A DNA stretch of 64,000 nucleotides, taken from an uncultured Methylomirabilota bacterium. GTDB taxonomy: Bacteria > Methylomirabilota > Methylomirabilia > Methylomirabilales > 2-02-FULL-66-22. The notes under the pieces were generated by a model. It saw only the letters and a program-made list of their open reading frames with translations. It was not told the DNA's origin and did not search any database. Positions 55,499 to 64,000 of this stretch are shown here, piece by piece. Position numbers and translations under genes: made by a program. How positions within the stretch are numbered: position 1 is the first letter of the stretch; each line of letters begins with the position of its first letter. The stretch is from the NCBI GenBank assembly GCA_963727695.1, contig CAVSHW010000039.1, forward strand, positions 7,770 to 71,769. The letters run 5' to 3'.

Positions 55499-56480
55499 CT
55501 ACGCCGGCACGGGGACCTTTCGGACGATGTCGGCCACGATCATCTGGGCCGTTGTCCCCGAGAAACGGGCCTGGGGATCGATGACCATGCGATGGGCGAT
55601 CGTCGGGACGGCGATTTCCAGGATATGCTCAGGGGTCACAAACTCCCGGCCATCCAAGAGGGCGAGGGCCTGAGCGGTTTTCATCAACGCGAGAGAAGCG
55701 CGCGGGCTGGCGCCCAACTGCACCCCCGGCGCAGCTCTGGTCTCTTGGACGACATCGACGACGTACCGCTTCAGCTCCGAGCTGATCCGCACCTCCTTGA
55801 CGGTGTGTCGCAGGACTAGGACGTCCTCCATGGATACGCAGGCGGCTATCGAGTCTATCGGATGGCTTTTCTCTTGCGCCGACAGGATGGCAACCTCCAT
55901 CTCAGGTGGCACATACCAAGGCCGAACTGAAGTGCAAAACGGTCCATCTGGGCCTCGGGGAGGGGATAGGTCCCCCGAAATTCAACTGGATTCTGAGTCG
56001 CGATGACAAAAAAGAGTTCCTCAAGGCGGTGGGCTTTGCCTCGATGCTGATCTGGCTCTCTGCCATGGCCTCAAGCAGCGCGGATTGTGTTCTGGGCGAG
56101 GCGCGATTGATCTCATCGGCCAACAGGATATTGGTGAAGATCGGCCCTGCGTGGAAATGGAAGGCCTGCGCTTTCTGATCATAGACGGACACGCCCAGGA
56201 TGTCCGATGGCAGTAGGTCAGGTGTGAATTGAATGCGCGTGAATCGAGCGCCGATCGACAGCGCGAGGGCCTTTGCCAGGGTTGTCTTGCCGGTTCCGGG
56301 ATAATCTTCCAGAAGGACATGGCCTCCACCGGCAAAAGCCGCCAGCAGTTTTCGAATCGCAGCCGATTGTCCTTTCATCACGTTCTCGATGTTCGCGGCA
56401 ATCTTTTGGAGCGTCTCTCTGGGGGGCAAGTGGGACGATGTGGTCATCTCAGCCTCGCTGCGAAAGACCCCTTGACTCAT
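55499..56480 (-). pseudogene. moxR: MoxR-family AAA+ ATPase, two frameshifts (about 56018-56024 and 55913-55918)
   Basis: HVLLEDYPGTGKTTLAKAL (Walker A) and [22 protein letters not shown] (Walker B). Then [35 protein letters not shown] lies in a second frame and [10 protein letters not shown]...LGASPRASLALMK in a third. Confidence 0.85.
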
Positions 56481-56592
56481 AGTTGTGTGCTCTGACGGGT
56501 GAAGCGCGGGAGGATCGCGTCGGCGTCCGCGATCCCCGGCCGGAGCGCGGTGGCGAACTTGAGGAGATCGTCATTCTGCGAGTGGAGTGGCC

Positions 56593-57351
56593 CTACTCGC
56601 CGGTCCGAGGCCAGGAGCCATACAGCGTGGAGTAGCCGACAGAGCCATCCTCCCCGGTGTTGAGGGTAAACGGACGAGGATAGGTTCCCGTGCCCTGCGG
56701 GCCCTTGCTGTAGATATACACATCATCACCGTCTCCTGGCTTGGCACCCGATGTAAGCACCGGGGCAAGCACGTAGGGATTCCCCCAGTGATCGATATCG
56801 GGGACGTTGGCGTAGCCTGAGTCACGCAACACCTTCAGGCTGGTTGGGTAGATGTGCTTGTCATTTGCGTAAACGATCGCCTGCGTCACCGCGGTCTTCG
56901 TGTCGGACTTGGCGCGGAGGAGGTGGAAGGCCGGTGTATCCCAGGAACTCTGGATCAAGCGCTGCTCAGACGAGGCGAGCCAACCGACCTGGTGAATGAT
57001 GCCGGCACTGGCGATGGTCAAGCAAAAGACGAGCACGAGCCCGCCCAGGCCTAGAAGTGTCCAGCGCAACGGCCAGCGCCGGCCCGCCGTCTCGGTCGTC
57101 GGCGGGCGATTGTAGAAAGAGCCCGCCAGCCACTGGCCAAGGCAGACCACCGCAGCCGCCAGGACGCCGGCGACGGCGATGCCGCTCAGGCTCGGCTGCA
57201 TCTGGGGGAGGACCCGCCCGAGGAACGCGATCCACCCGAAAGCGAGCGTGATCGGCACCTCGAACACGAAGACCATCCCGAGACCGCCGGTGATCAGGAG
57301 CAGCAGGAAGATAAGGCCGGCGATGCCGATCCATCGTATCGCGCGCTTCAT
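56593..57351 (-). CDS. Polytopic membrane protein with C-terminal pseudopilin (T2SS GspG-like) domain, no prepilin signal
   Basis: Start MKRAIRWIGIAGLIFLLLLI at 57351. About 4 TM, then KSDTKTAVTQAIVYANDKHIYPTSLKVLRDSGYANVPDIDHWGNPYVLAP...DDVYIYSKGPQG (compare GspG ...YPT...GY...P.DPWGNPY...). Confidence 0.7.
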   Translation of the reverse strand: MKRAIRWIGIAGLIFLLLLITGGLGMVFVFEVPITLAFGWIAFLGRVLPQMQPSLSGIAVAGVLAAAVVCLGQWLAGSFYNRPPTTETAGRRWPLRWTLLGLGGLVLVFCLTIASAGIIHQVGWLASSEQRLIQSSWDTPAFHLLRAKSDTKTAVTQAIVYANDKHIYPTSLKVLRDSGYANVPDIDHWGNPYVLAPVLTSGAKPGDGDDVYIYSKGPQGTGTYPRPFTLNTGEDGSVGYSTLYGSWPRTGE

Positions 57352-57743
57352 GGGGTGCCCTGCCCGAGCGCCGCGCGGATCTGGTCGATGGTTGTGAGCT
57401 CGATGGCCCCGTTGGCCCGGAGCACCAGCCGCTCCCGGCCGACCGTGCCGGGCTCGTAGGCGACCGGCCGGACGCCCTGGTCCGCGCTCTGCCCGGCAAT
57501 GTAGACGTAGGGCGCGCCGCCCGGCCCCTGCCAGGCTGCCTCGGGAAGCTCTGCGACGAACTCGCTGGGGGGGAAGCGCCCCCCGTGCGCCGCGGCATAG
57601 GCCCAGAGTCGCCAGCGGAAGGCCTCGAGGCGCCCGCGGCGGTCCGGTCCGGGCGGCTCCGGCGGCGTGTTGGCGAGATGGTAGGTCGCGCCCTGCTTCG
57701 TCCACGCGCCGGGCGTCATCAGCTCGCGCGCGCCTGCGATCAT
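57348..57743 (-). CDS. Hypothetical protein, translationally coupled (ATGA) to the pseudopilin-domain gene
   Basis: Track ORF of 131 aa. The N-terminus may be truncated: the frame is open upstream through a TM-like FSAAFYLVLV without a start codon. Confidence 0.45.
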   Translation of the reverse strand: MIAGARELMTPGAWTKQGATYHLANTPPEPPGPDRRGRLEAFRWRLWAYAAAHGGRFPPSEFVAELPEAAWQGPGGAPYVYIAGQSADQGVRPVAYEPGTVGRERLVLRANGAIELTTIDQIRAALGQGTP

Positions 57744-58269
57744 GACCAGGACGAGATAGAACGCAGCCGAGAAGCGTGACCATGGCTAAGGCGCGGCGAA
57801 AGCCCAAGGCCGGCAGGTGCGGGAAGTCCTTGCGCAGCGCCGCACAGCCCGAGGACGCAGCACGCAACCAGCAGGATGACGAGGAGGAAGAACGAGATCA
57901 CCTCGAGGCGCAGGTGGGCGAGTTCGGTAGGCTAAAGAAAGGCATGCCTGCCAGGCGTCGCTGGAAGAGCGAGACTGAGGCCGAACGCGAATGGTAACAG
58001 CGTGCGCCGGGAGCGGTCGATCGCCGATGCGGGATTCGATCGACCCTGGGGGTCATCGCATTCGCTGGGGACTCGACCGAAGTAAGCAGGATTTTCGCCT
58101 CATGCTGCTCCTCCTTGCGGCTTCGCGTCTCGCGTCCGTCGGGTCGGGCCGGAGTATCCGGCGATCTGGATAGCTGTAAGGGAAAGATGGACGCCGGAGG
58201 AAGGGTCGGGCGGGTTTCGGAATAACGGTTTGAGGGCCGAACTTCGTGATTACGCGGCAAGGATTGGTC

Positions 58270-58347
58270 GGGCGGGCTGTGGGCTGGACCGGGCCAGAGG
58301 CCTGGGTGCGTCAGGATCTTCGCGATGACCTCGGGCTGTATGTGCGC
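58270..58347 (-). mobile_element. Short remnant of an IS91-family transposase C-terminus
   Basis: Minus-strand frame of ORF 57898..58578 reads AHIQPEVIAKILTHPGLWPGPAHSPP. It resembles the recalled IS91-type tail ...AILEQPVIEKILTHLGLQARAPPRAP. No catalytic domain is present. Confidence 0.45.
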
Positions 58348-58504
58348 GCCATCAGACTTCATTCGCCGTTCGCGGGGTACCCGTTGCTGTCCGGTCCGCA
58401 ACGGCTCGCACCACGTGAGGGAGTTCGTTCCGTCGAGGATACCGCAGGAACCCCTGCGGTGACTGGCCCGAGACCGCGCGCCACGCTGTCCGTGAACCGC
58501 GCGG

Positions 58505-59251
58505 CTATCTCGTGAAGATCGTCCCGCGCATGTAATCGGCGTCGGGGGAGGCCAGGAAAGCCAGGATGCGCGCGACACCCATGGGATCCCCCGCCTCGCG
58601 CACCGCCTCGGCCCGGGCCTGCTCGATGTCGCGGCCGGCGGCGCGGGCCCGGTCCACCAGGTTCTCGATCCGCATGGGGGTCGCGATGCTCGACGGGCAG
58701 ATCTCGTTGACGCGAATGCCGTGCGGCGCGAGCTGCGCCTCCAGCGTCATGGTGAAGCCGTGCACGCCCCCCTTGCTGGCGCCGTAGGCCAGCGATGAGC
58801 TGGGGATCTTGGTCCCCGCCTCCGAGGCCAGACACAGCACCACGCCCTTCTCCGCCTTGCGGAGGAGGGGCAGGGCCGCCTTCACCGTGAGAAAGGTCCC
58901 CTTCAGGTTGACATCGAGGACGCTCTCGAAGGTGGCCTCGTCCAGCGCCTCCGCCTGCAGCGTGGCGCCTCGCAGGATCCCCGCGCAGCAGATGACCACG
59001 TCCAGCTTGCCATGCCGCTCGGCGGCCGTCGCCGCCAGCCGAACGCAGTCCGCCTCTTTCGTGATGTCGGTGCGGACAAAGACGGCGTCGCCGCCGGCCG
59101 CCCGGATGGCCGCCGCCATGGCCTCGCCTTCCGCCTCCAGCATGTCGCCGATGACGACCTTGCCCCCCTCGCCGGCAATGGCCTGCGCGGTCGCCGCGCC
59201 GATCCCGCGGCCGCCCCCGGTGATGATGACCACTCGGTCTTGCAATCGCAT
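58505..59251 (-). CDS. SDR-family oxidoreductase (FabG-like)
   Basis: VVIITGGGRGIGAATA and YGASKGG (YxxxK). 248 aa. Confidence 0.9.
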   Translation of the reverse strand: MRLQDRVVIITGGGRGIGAATAQAIAGEGGKVVIGDMLEAEGEAMAAAIRAAGGDAVFVRTDITKEADCVRLAATAAERHGKLDVVICCAGILRGATLQAEALDEATFESVLDVNLKGTFLTVKAALPLLRKAEKGVVLCLASEAGTKIPSSSLAYGASKGGVHGFTMTLEAQLAPHGIRVNEICPSSIATPMRIENLVDRARAAGRDIEQARAEAVREAGDPMGVARILAFLASPDADYMRGTIFTR

Positions 59252-59260
59252 GAGGTCTCC

Positions 59261-59779
59261 TCAGCCCTTCTCGACGTCGAACTCCTGGATGCCGAACCAG
59301 AAGCCGGCGCCGCTGACGGCGTCGATCTCGGCCTCGACGATGGCGACGTGCCCCTCTTCGATCTCGAGGAAGCGGGCGAAGAGCGGCCGCCGCTCCTCCG
59401 CCATCTCGGACACCATCCGCCGATAGAAGGCGGAGGTCTCCTTCTCGGCGATCAGGGCCCGCCGGAGATACTCCACCTCGGTGGCGGAGCCGGGCTTGCC
59501 CCGCATCGGCTTGGCCAGCCGCTTGCGCCCCTCCGCGATCCGCTCCCTGTCAGGGACGACCGACCGCAGCTCCTCCAGGGCGATCTGCCCGCCCTTCTGC
59601 CACTCGGTCAGCCGACTCTCGAGATAGGCGACGTGTCCCGCCTCTTCCTTGGCGAGCTGCTGGAAGACCTTCCGGCCCACGGGGTCAACCGCATGCTTCT
59701 CCGCATCCTGATAGAGCTTCAACACCTTGTTCTCGAACTCGAGGGCGGTCTTGATCGCCTCGTCCAGCCTGATCGTCAT
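59261..59779 (-). CDS. Ferritin-like/rubrerythrin-family di-iron protein (172 aa)
   Basis: Start MTIRLDEAIKTALEFE at 59779 (GGGAGGAAATAGG upstream). Two ExxH motifs (KEEAGHVAYLE and EIEEGHVAIVE). Confidence 0.75.
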   Translation of the reverse strand: MTIRLDEAIKTALEFENKVLKLYQDAEKHAVDPVGRKVFQQLAKEEAGHVAYLESRLTEWQKGGQIALEELRSVVPDRERIAEGRKRLAKPMRGKPGSATEVEYLRRALIAEKETSAFYRRMVSEMAEERRPLFARFLEIEEGHVAIVEAEIDAVSGAGFWFGIQEFDVEKG

Positions 59780-59922
59780 CCTATTTCCTCCCGTGTAGAA
59801 TCGTGTTCCCTTCCTGCGCACGCGGACGAATCCGCCGAGCCTTTCTACCCTCCGGGGGATAGGGGAGTCAAGGGAAAGATCGGTCACGCGCGGGAAAGCG
59901 TCTTGGCGGGGCGGCCCCCGGG

Positions 59923-61045
59923 TTACTCCGTCTTCCGCAGGAGAAACTTCACGCACACCGGCGTCGGCACCGGCGTGACGGCGCCCGTCGGCCGAAGCCG
60001 TCCGGTCCGGGAGTCGATGCGGAAGGTCACGAGGCTGTCGGTGTCCTGGTTGGCCGCGAGCAGGAATCGGCCGGTGGGATCGATGCCGAAGCTGCGCGGG
60101 GTCTTCCCCTGAATCGGCTCATGGCCGACGCACGTGAGCCGCCCGGTGCGCTGATCGACCCTGTAAATCGCCAGGCTGTCGTGCCCCCGGTTCGAGGCGT
60201 AGACAAACCGGCCCGACGGAGCCACCTGGACATCGGCACAGGTGCTCTCCCCCCGAAAATCCTCCGGCAGCGTCGGGACGACGTGCAGTTCCTTGAAAGT
60301 TCCGCTCCTGCCGTCATACGACAAGACCGTCACCGTGGAATCCAGCTCGTTGATGAGGTAGGCCCACTTGCCGTTGGGATGGAACGCCAGGTGGCGCGGG
60401 CCGGCGCCCGGCTTGACCTTGAACCAGGGGACCGCATTCGGTTCCAGCATCCCCCGCCTGGGATCCAGGCGATAGACCAAGAGCTTGTCCAGCCCGAGAT
60501 CGGGCACGAAGGCGAAGCGGTTGGCGGCGTCCAGCGTCACCGAGTGGGCATGGGGGCCCGCCTGGCGGGCGGGGTCGATGCCCGACCCCTGATGCTGGAG
60601 GAAGTCGGAGGCTTCCCCCAGGCTGCCGTCCTGCCGCACGGGCAGGACGCAGACGCTCCCGCTCATGAAATTGGCCACGAACACGTGGCTGCCCTTCTTG
60701 TTCACCACGACGTGGCACGGATCGGTCCCGTGCGTCGGCCGCGTGTTGAGAAACGTCAAGTCTCCCGTCTTCGGCGCCACCTCGAACGCGCTGACACTGC
60801 CGCCCGGCTTGCCTTCGTAGCTCTTCAGCTCGTTGACGGCGTACAGGAAACGCTGGGTGAGAGTCAAAGGCCAGATAGGACGGATTGACGACGCCGGCCA
60901 CCACCCGGACCGGCTCTAGGGCGCCTGACGTTTCGTCCAGCCGATAGACGTAGATCCCCTCCCCCTTCCCTTGCAGGATCTTTCCGGTCCCGAAGCGGAT
61001 CGGCTCGGTGTAGGTCCCCACGTAGACGAGCGTCTCGGTCTTCAT
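59923..61045 (-). pseudogene. 7-bladed beta-propeller lactonase (6-phosphogluconolactonase/Pgl-type), frameshifted at about 60865-60872 (or assembly error)
   Basis: MKTETLVYVGTYTE...VVNPSYLA (frame of ORF 60314..61069) must join LTLTQRFLYAVNEL... (ORF 59923..60867). An extra T in the run GCCTTTGAC is the likely cause. Total length is 1123 nt = 3n+1. Confidence 0.8.
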
Positions 61046-61169
61046 GCGTCCGGCTCCTCCGTCCGGCAATTGGAAGCGCAGGTGACGCTGCGTCCGTCCG
61101 CACCCCTCTCCCCGCCGGGTGCCCGCCGAAGGCGGGTGGGGAGAGGGGTAGGTATGGACCAGGCGGCGC

Positions 61170-62141
61170 CTATTGCTCCGCGTACTTGTCCACGTTCTCC
61201 TTGGTCACGACGATCACGGGCGTGCGGATCTCCTGGGGCACCTTCTCCCCGTTCAGGGCCCGGATGGCGGCCACGACGCTCCAGTAGGCTTGATCTCCCG
61301 GAGCCTGCGAAATGGTGAAGAGGGTCTTCCCCGCCTTCATCGCAGTCACCTGGGCCGGGTTGACGTCCATGCTGGAGATGATGACCTTCGCCTCCACCCC
61401 GGCGCCCTTTACAGCCTCTGCCGCCCCCAAGGCCATCTCGCCGCCGATACACATGATGGCGTTGAGATCGGGCCAGCGCTGCAGCGTATTCTCGGTCACG
61501 TTCCGGCCCTCGTCGATGGTCCACTTCCCGGTCTGGGAGATGACCTGGATGCCGGGATTCTTCGCCAGGACTTCCTGCACGCCCTTGAGGCGATCGTCCG
61601 CCGTCTGCTGACCGGGCACGCCTTCCAGGACCAGGAGCTTCCCCTTGCCCCCCATGCGCCGGACCATCTCCTCGGCCATGGTGCGCCCCACCAGCACGTT
61701 ATCCGCGCCGATGTAGGCCACAAAATCCCCCCCGGAGCCGCGGGTGTTGTCGTACACCACGGGGATCTTGGCGGCATTCAGCTTCTGCACGCCGGCGGCG
61801 ATTGCCTGTGTATTGGCGGGCGCCACCACAACCGCATCAATCTTCTTGGAGATCAGGTCTTCCAGGATGCGGATCTGCTCTTCCACGTTGTCCGGCTTCG
61901 TCGGCGCCAGGACGGTGATGGTCACGCCCAGATCCTTGCCGGCCTGGTCGGCGGCCTTCTGGTGCGTGAGCCAGAAGGGGTTGGTGAAGTTCTTGAGTAC
62001 CACGGCGATCTTGTAGGGCTTGGCCGGTTTCACCTTGGTGTCGAACTTGTACACCGGCTCGGCGCTCCCCGCCGCGGCGGGTGACGCCGTGACGAAGGCG
62101 GCCACGAGGACGGCCATTGTCAACCCGATCAGCTTCTTCAT
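61170..62141 (-). CDS. Periplasmic sugar-binding protein (RbsB-like)
   Basis: Start MKKLIGLTMAVLVAAFVTASPAAA at 62141. KIAVVLKNFTNPFW...IDAVVVAP... Confidence 0.9.
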   Translation of the reverse strand: MKKLIGLTMAVLVAAFVTASPAAAGSAEPVYKFDTKVKPAKPYKIAVVLKNFTNPFWLTHQKAADQAGKDLGVTITVLAPTKPDNVEEQIRILEDLISKKIDAVVVAPANTQAIAAGVQKLNAAKIPVVYDNTRGSGGDFVAYIGADNVLVGRTMAEEMVRRMGGKGKLLVLEGVPGQQTADDRLKGVQEVLAKNPGIQVISQTGKWTIDEGRNVTENTLQRWPDLNAIMCIGGEMALGAAEAVKGAGVEAKVIISSMDVNPAQVTAMKAGKTLFTISQAPGDQAYWSVVAAIRALNGEKVPQEIRTPVIVVTKENVDKYAEQ

Positions 62142-62277
62142 GAGATTTTCCTCCAGAGTGAATTCCTTGCCGATGGCGCCTCGAGTGTTCCGGCGGACGT
62201 CCTCCGCACAACACGGGGGTGAGTGCCCGACCACCTCCTTCCGAATCCCAGGTGTGTCTAGATAACTCGTCTTCACC

Positions 62278-62402
62278 CAGGCTGCTCAAAATGGCCCAGA
62301 TGCAAGGCGGAACGCGAAGGGCCGAGCGAGGCGTACTCCAGGTACGCCGCAGCGAGTGCTCAAGCGGTCCAACGCCGCAGATGGGCCGTTTTCAGCAGCC
62401 TG
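62278..62402 (+). repeat. Nested-palindrome repeat family 1, copy E (shortest)
   Basis: CAGGCTGCTCAAAATGGCCCAGATGC...GGCGTACtccagGTACGCC...GCAGATGGGCCGTTTTCAGCAGCCTG. 1 nt from the permease stop. Confidence 0.9.
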
Positions 62403-62403
62403 C

Positions 62404-63387
62404 TCAACTGGTCTCGCTGGCCAGGGCCTTCCGGGCCCACTGATCCACGAGCACGGCGACGATGATCAAGGCTCCCAGGACCACCCCCTGCCACACGGAC
62501 TCGATGCCCAGCAGGTTCATGCCGTTCTGCACGATGGTCATGATGAGCGCCCCGATCAGCGTGCCCACGATCCCGCCCTCTCCCCCGAAGAGGCTGGTGC
62601 CGCCAATCACCACGGCGGCAATCGCGGGCAGGAGCATGTTGGCGCCGATCCCCGCCTCCGACGCATTGAGGCGCGCCACGTAAACCAGCCCGGCGGCCGC
62701 GGCCAGCAGTCCGCTCAGGGTGTAGGCCAGGATGAGTGTCTGATCTTTCTTCACGCCCGAGAGGCGGGCCGCCTCTTGGTTGGCGCCCACCGCATAGAGC
62801 GCCCGGCCAAAGGTGGTGTGCCGCAGGAGCAGATAGGCGGGGATCCAGAGCACCGCCATGAGGATGATCGGCATGGGGACGCCCAGGAGGTTTCCCACGC
62901 CCAGGAAACGGAAGTCGTCCTTGAACCCGTAGATCACCTGCCCCTTGAGCAGGACCACCGAGAACCCGAAGGCCACCCACATCATGCCGTAGGTGGCGAT
63001 GAAGGGGGGCAGCTTCACCACGGCCACCATCAGCCCGTTCAGGAACCCCAGCCCCGCGCCCACCACCAGGCCGGCGGCCAGCGCCAGCGGGAGGGGGACG
63101 CCGGTCTTGATCGCCACGGCGGCGATGACGCTGGAGAAGGTCAGCACCGCGCCGATGGAAAGGTCGATGCCGGCTGTCAGGATGACAATGGTCTCGCCGA
63201 TGCCCAGGATAACCAGGAGGCTGGCCACGCGCAGGACATTCAGGGCGTTGGTACCGGTGAAAAAGACCGGCGAGGCCGCCGTCAGGACGATGCACAGCAG
63301 ACCCAGCACGAAGAGCCGGGAACCGGTATACAGGATGCGGGGGTCTAGGCGCCACCCGCGGGGCTTGACGTCTGCGGCGCTGGTCAC
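62404..63387 (-). CDS. Sugar ABC transporter permease (RbsC type)
   Basis: GTG at 63387 overlaps the upstream stop (GTGA). NALNVLRVASLLVILGIGETIVILTAGIDLS. Confidence 0.9.
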   Translation of the reverse strand: MTSAADVKPRGWRLDPRILYTGSRLFVLGLLCIVLTAASPVFFTGTNALNVLRVASLLVILGIGETIVILTAGIDLSIGAVLTFSSVIAAVAIKTGVPLPLALAAGLVVGAGLGFLNGLMVAVVKLPPFIATYGMMWVAFGFSVVLLKGQVIYGFKDDFRFLGVGNLLGVPMPIILMAVLWIPAYLLLRHTTFGRALYAVGANQEAARLSGVKKDQTLILAYTLSGLLAAAAGLVYVARLNASEAGIGANMLLPAIAAVVIGGTSLFGGEGGIVGTLIGALIMTIVQNGMNLLGIESVWQGVVLGALIIVAVLVDQWARKALASETS

Positions 63388-64000
63388 TGGATGACCCCCC
63401 TCTGCTTGAGCAAGACGTCGAAGATGATGGCCGCGATGATGACCAGGCCGATGAGCGCCGGCTGCCACATCGCCCCCACGCCGATGACGTTGAGCCCGTT
63501 GCGCAGCACCGAGATGAGCAGCACGCCCAGCACCGTCCCGCCGAGGGTCCCGTTGCCCTTCTCGAAGCTGGTCCCGCCCAGGATCGTCGCCGCGATGGCG
63601 TCGAACTCCCAGCCGTTGCCCACGATGGGGTCGGCGGCGCGCAGACGCGCGGCCATGATGACCCCCCCGAGAGCGGCCAGGGCCCCGGCGGCGACGTAGG
63701 TCAGGAACTTCCACCAGGCGGTGTTGACCCCGGAGAGCCGAGCGCCCGCCTCGTTCCCGCCGATGGCGATGATGTACCGGCCGAAGTCGGTCTGGTAGAG
63801 CGCGATCCAGCCTAGGATGAAGACCAGCACGGCAATCACCGTCGGCATGGGCAGGATGCCGAGGGATCCGCCGCCCAGGAAGATGAAGGCGGGCTCGCCG
63901 GAATAGATGGCCCCTTGCCGGGTCAAGACCAGCGCCAGTCCCGCGGCAATGCCCATCATGCCCAAGGTCGCGATGAAGGGGGGCAGCTTGCCCGCGGTGA
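63384..64000 (-). CDS. Sugar ABC transporter permease, partial (N-terminus beyond window end)
   Basis: The frame stays open past the track's TTG start (63965): ...TAGKLPPFIATLGMMGIAAG... C-terminus ...VIGVGAMWQPALIGLVIIAAIIFD. Confidence 0.85.
   Translation of the reverse strand, partial: TAGKLPPFIATLGMMGIAAGLALVLTRQGAIYSGEPAFIFLGGGSLGILPMPTVIAVLVFILGWIALYQTDFGRYIIAIGGNEAGARLSGVNTAWWKFLTYVAAGALAALGGVIMAARLRAADPIVGNGWEFDAIAATILGGTSFEKGNGTLGGTVLGVLLISVLRNGLNVIGVGAMWQPALIGLVIIAAIIFDVLLKQRGVIQ

Noticed and set aside
57776-57997. 73-aa highly charged plus-strand ORF (also 58246..58515, 89 aa) in the gene-poor gap
   Set aside because: There is no RBS, the composition is extremely Arg/Glu/Ala-rich, and they overlap the IS91-like fossil region on the other strand. 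Most likely non-coding.

Overview
GC-rich (roughly two-thirds G+C by eye) bacterial chromosomal segment. I saw no rRNA, tRNA, CRISPR array, integrase or intact transposase. There are about 60 protein genes, most on the minus strand, dominated by solute import and small-molecule catabolism. Five ABC importer loci are present: CUT1-type sugar (16.5-19.6 kb); Liv/HAAT-type (29.2-33.8 kb); ribose-type with a GntR regulator and two tandem UlaG-like lactonases (34-44.3 kb); BMP/nucleoside-type with iadA (44.4-50.5 kb); ribose-type (58.5 to beyond 64 kb). Other genes include glgP, cca, upp-uraA, arfB, an OYE flavin reductase, two hsp20 genes, a vapBC module and a MoxR-DUF58-transglutaminase operon. 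All functional calls come from motif and family recognition by eye, not from database searches. Five things stand out. (1) A five-copy family of 125-190 bp nested-palindrome intergenic repeats; the same end of the repeat is fused to, or lies a few nt from, stop codons, and the internal hairpins covary. (2) A second, two-copy hairpin element with a 16-bp stem. (3) A high load of broken genes, at least 11: frameshifts, an in-frame TGA, a 10-bp tandem duplication, and three gene remnants including an IS91-like fragment. These are concentrated at 50.99-56.5 kb. (4) A leader-ORF plus terminator-like hairpin in front of cca. (5) A polytopic membrane protein carrying a pseudopilin (GspG-like) domain without a prepilin signal. 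I did not find a clear-cut new multi-gene system (defence, secretion or biosynthetic). The repeat family is the best candidate for something undescribed. Many long ORFs in the track are antisense or out-of-frame shadows typical of high-GC DNA. Genes running off the window edges (1-1293 and 63384-64000) are missing or truncated in the track. Coordinates of non-coding features are accurate to about +/-2 nt.
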